Origin: Minisyncoccota bacterium
Lineage (GTDB): Bacteria; Patescibacteriota; Minisyncoccia; UBA6257; 2-01-FULL-56-20
Assembly (NCBI GenBank): GCA_041664245.1
Contig: JBAYLC010000003.1
Span: 394 to 64,393, forward strand
DNA: 64,000 bases
Reading direction: 5' to 3'
How positions within the stretch are numbered: the stretch's first letter is position 1; each line of letters begins with the position of its first letter. The position numbers and the translations under genes are program-made. The notes under the pieces are model-generated. The model did no database searches. It was not told where the DNA came from and worked only from the letters and a program-made list of their open reading frames with translations. Below, piece by piece: positions 62,691 to 64,000 of this stretch.

Positions 62691-62946
62691 ATGTTTAGCG
62701 CTAAACATCCCTGCTTGATCAAAAAGCCAGTATTGTTGGAAAATATACATATAATTAGAAATTAGCCAAAAAATTGTTTCGCGCTAAACACTCCAAGAAT
62801 TGGAGCCCCTCCTAATTATAAGGACATCAATGTTTCGCGCTAAACAATTAGTAATGCAAAAATACGGCAATAATACATATATATAATCAGGCAATCATAT
62901 ATTTGCCGTATTACTACATATATCAATGTTTAGCGCTAAACATTGA
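62691..62946. repeat. four copies of a perfect palindrome (core TGTTT[A/C]GCGCTAAACA; 62691-62708, 62776-62790, 62831-62846, 62923-62946), candidate operator array
   Basis: The palindromes are self-complementary by inspection. They sit in the divergent ruvA / yraN intergenic region. Confidence 0.6.
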
Positions 62947-63006
62947 TAACAAAACAAACACAAATAATAACTTCAAACAAATGATATAATTAAATAAACA
63001 CTCAAA

Positions 63007-63432
63007 ATGGAAGAACAATCCACAAATTTAGAGGTAGGGAGATTAGGAGAAGATCTAGCCGAAAAGTATTTAAGAGACAGGGGATACGAGATAGTCACCC
63101 GAAACTACCGCCAACCTTGGGGAGAAATTGATATAGTTACAAAATCCAAAAATAGAACCCTTACATTTTTTGAAATCAAAACTTTAAAAAAGCCAGAATT
63201 TAACAATGAGACGAATATAAAACCCGAAGACAATTTAACCGCCTCTAAACTTTCAAAGCTAAAAAGAATCTGTGAAAGTTTTGCCAACTCAAACCCAAAG
63301 CTAATCACAGGTTCTCGAGGGTGGCAAATTGATCTCTTAACCATCTGGATAAAAAACTTTTCTAACGTCCAAACCCTGTTATTGACAGAAATAGAAAAAG
63401 ATTGCGAAATAAAACACTACGAGAATATTTAG
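63007..63432 (+). CDS. yraN: YraN/UPF0102-family predicted endonuclease
   Basis: The N-terminus is GEDLAEKYLRDRGYEIVTRNYRQPWGEIDIV. Confidence 0.75.
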   Translation: MEEQSTNLEVGRLGEDLAEKYLRDRGYEIVTRNYRQPWGEIDIVTKSKNRTLTFFEIKTLKKPEFNNETNIKPEDNLTASKLSKLKRICESFANSNPKLITGSRGWQIDLLTIWIKNFSNVQTLLLTEIEKDCEIKHYENI

Positions 63433-63480
63433 TTTTTCTTCTTATTTTCCTTTTTACTTTTTATCTTTTATATTCTAAAA

Positions 63481-64000
63481 ATGTCCGGTCATAGCAAATG
63501 GTCTCAGATCAAACACCAAAAAGAAATCACCGATAAAAAACGCGGCCAAAATTTTTCTAAACTCCTAAAATTTATTTCCGTCGCGGCGAAAGATGATTCC
63601 AACCCTAAATTTAATATCCGTCTAAAAAGCGCCATTCAAAAAGCCAAAGATGCTAACGTTCCGAACGACACCATTGATCGCGCCGTCAAACACGCCAATG
63701 AAGAAAAAAATTTAGAAGAATTAATTTTTGAAGCTTACGGCGAAGGCGGCATAGCAATTCTGATTGAAGCCATTACCGATAACCGCAATCGCACCGTCGC
63801 CGAAATAAAAAGTATCCTAAATAAAAACGGCGGCCGCTGGGCAGAATCAGGAAGTGTCCGCTGGGCCTTCGAAAAAAATTCCGAAACAGAGGAGTGGCAT
63901 TCTAAATTTCCCCAAACCCTTCCGGAGGAAAATTTAGAAAAACTAAAAAAACTTTTAAACGAAATTGAAAGTCATGATGATGTCCAAAAAATATTCACGA
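63481..64000 (+). CDS. yebC: YebC/PmpR-family transcriptional regulator (3'-truncated by window end)
   Basis: It begins MSGHSKWSQIKHQK. Confidence 0.85.
   Translation, partial: MSGHSKWSQIKHQKEITDKKRGQNFSKLLKFISVAAKDDSNPKFNIRLKSAIQKAKDANVPNDTIDRAVKHANEEKNLEELIFEAYGEGGIAILIEAITDNRNRTVAEIKSILNKNGGRWAESGSVRWAFEKNSETEEWHSKFPQTLPEENLEKLKKLLNEIESHDDVQKIFT

Noticed and set aside
62641-63000. Possible CRISPR array, suggested by repeated 16-24 bp palindromic units in the ruvA-yraN spacer.
   Set aside because: There are only four units. Spacing is irregular at 56-94 bp. The repeats are perfect dyad palindromes rather than CRISPR direct repeats, and no cas genes are nearby. I kept them as operator-like repeats.

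Overview
This 64 kb window is a chromosomal segment from a small-genome, roughly 42% GC bacterium whose gene content looks like Candidate Phyla Radiation / Patescibacteria. The supporting cues are a lamin-tail-domain protein, a lone pilB, an H+-pyrophosphatase, LOG/TIGR00725 and lmo0937-family proteins, and many divergent hypothetical proteins.

The window is dense with housekeeping genes: folD-glyA, dcd, rpsT, mutM, polA, tsaE, ruvB, ruvA, pilB, ftsH, tyrS, clpP, hppA, nusA, rnj, trpS, ileS, argS, smpB, infC-rpmI-rplT, plus a ClpC-like ATPase, a UDG and a Mur ligase. I read eight tRNA genes directly from the sequence: Arg-TCT, Pro-TGG, Val-TAC, His-GTG, Ile-TAT, Gly-TCC, Leu-CAG and Arg-CCG. 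A tmRNA (ssrA) lies on the minus strand at about 49350-49669 and is absent from the ORF track. Canonical TTGACA-N17-TATAAT/TAGAAT promoters and several clear intrinsic terminators are present.

The most interesting items are:
1. A roughly 105 nt multi-stem RNA motif that occurs twice (14464-14568 and 49754-49860). Four stems carry compensatory base changes between the copies, which points to a conserved structured RNA. I could not match it to any known ncRNA or riboswitch class.
2. An isoleucyl-tRNA synthetase with a complete roughly 200 aa histidine-phosphatase (PGAM-like, RHGES) domain inserted between the zinc-knuckle region and the KMSKS domain.
3. A three-gene cluster of two paralogous degenerate-Nudix-fold proteins flanking an IMPase/CysQ-family phosphatase.
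4. A symmetric divergent module: lmo0937-like small membrane protein, PAS protein, then ECF sigma factor, lmo0937-like small membrane protein.
5. A promoter-to-terminator sRNA candidate of about 210 nt (14158-14368).
6. Four copies of a perfect 16-24 bp palindrome (TGTTTAGCGCTAAACA core) in the ruvA-yraN intergenic region.
7. A roughly 1 kb GC-rich two-gene islet next to the tmRNA 3' end.
8. A 16 bp direct repeat of the tRNA-Gly 3' end that looks like an attachment-site scar.
9. A family of GC-rich hairpin plus TAGAAT repeats beside tRNA genes.
10. A tRNA with anticodon UAU.
11. A membrane-anchored ClpC-like unfoldase whose first AAA+ domain is degenerate.

All homology assignments come from motif recognition in the translated ORFs; no database search was run.
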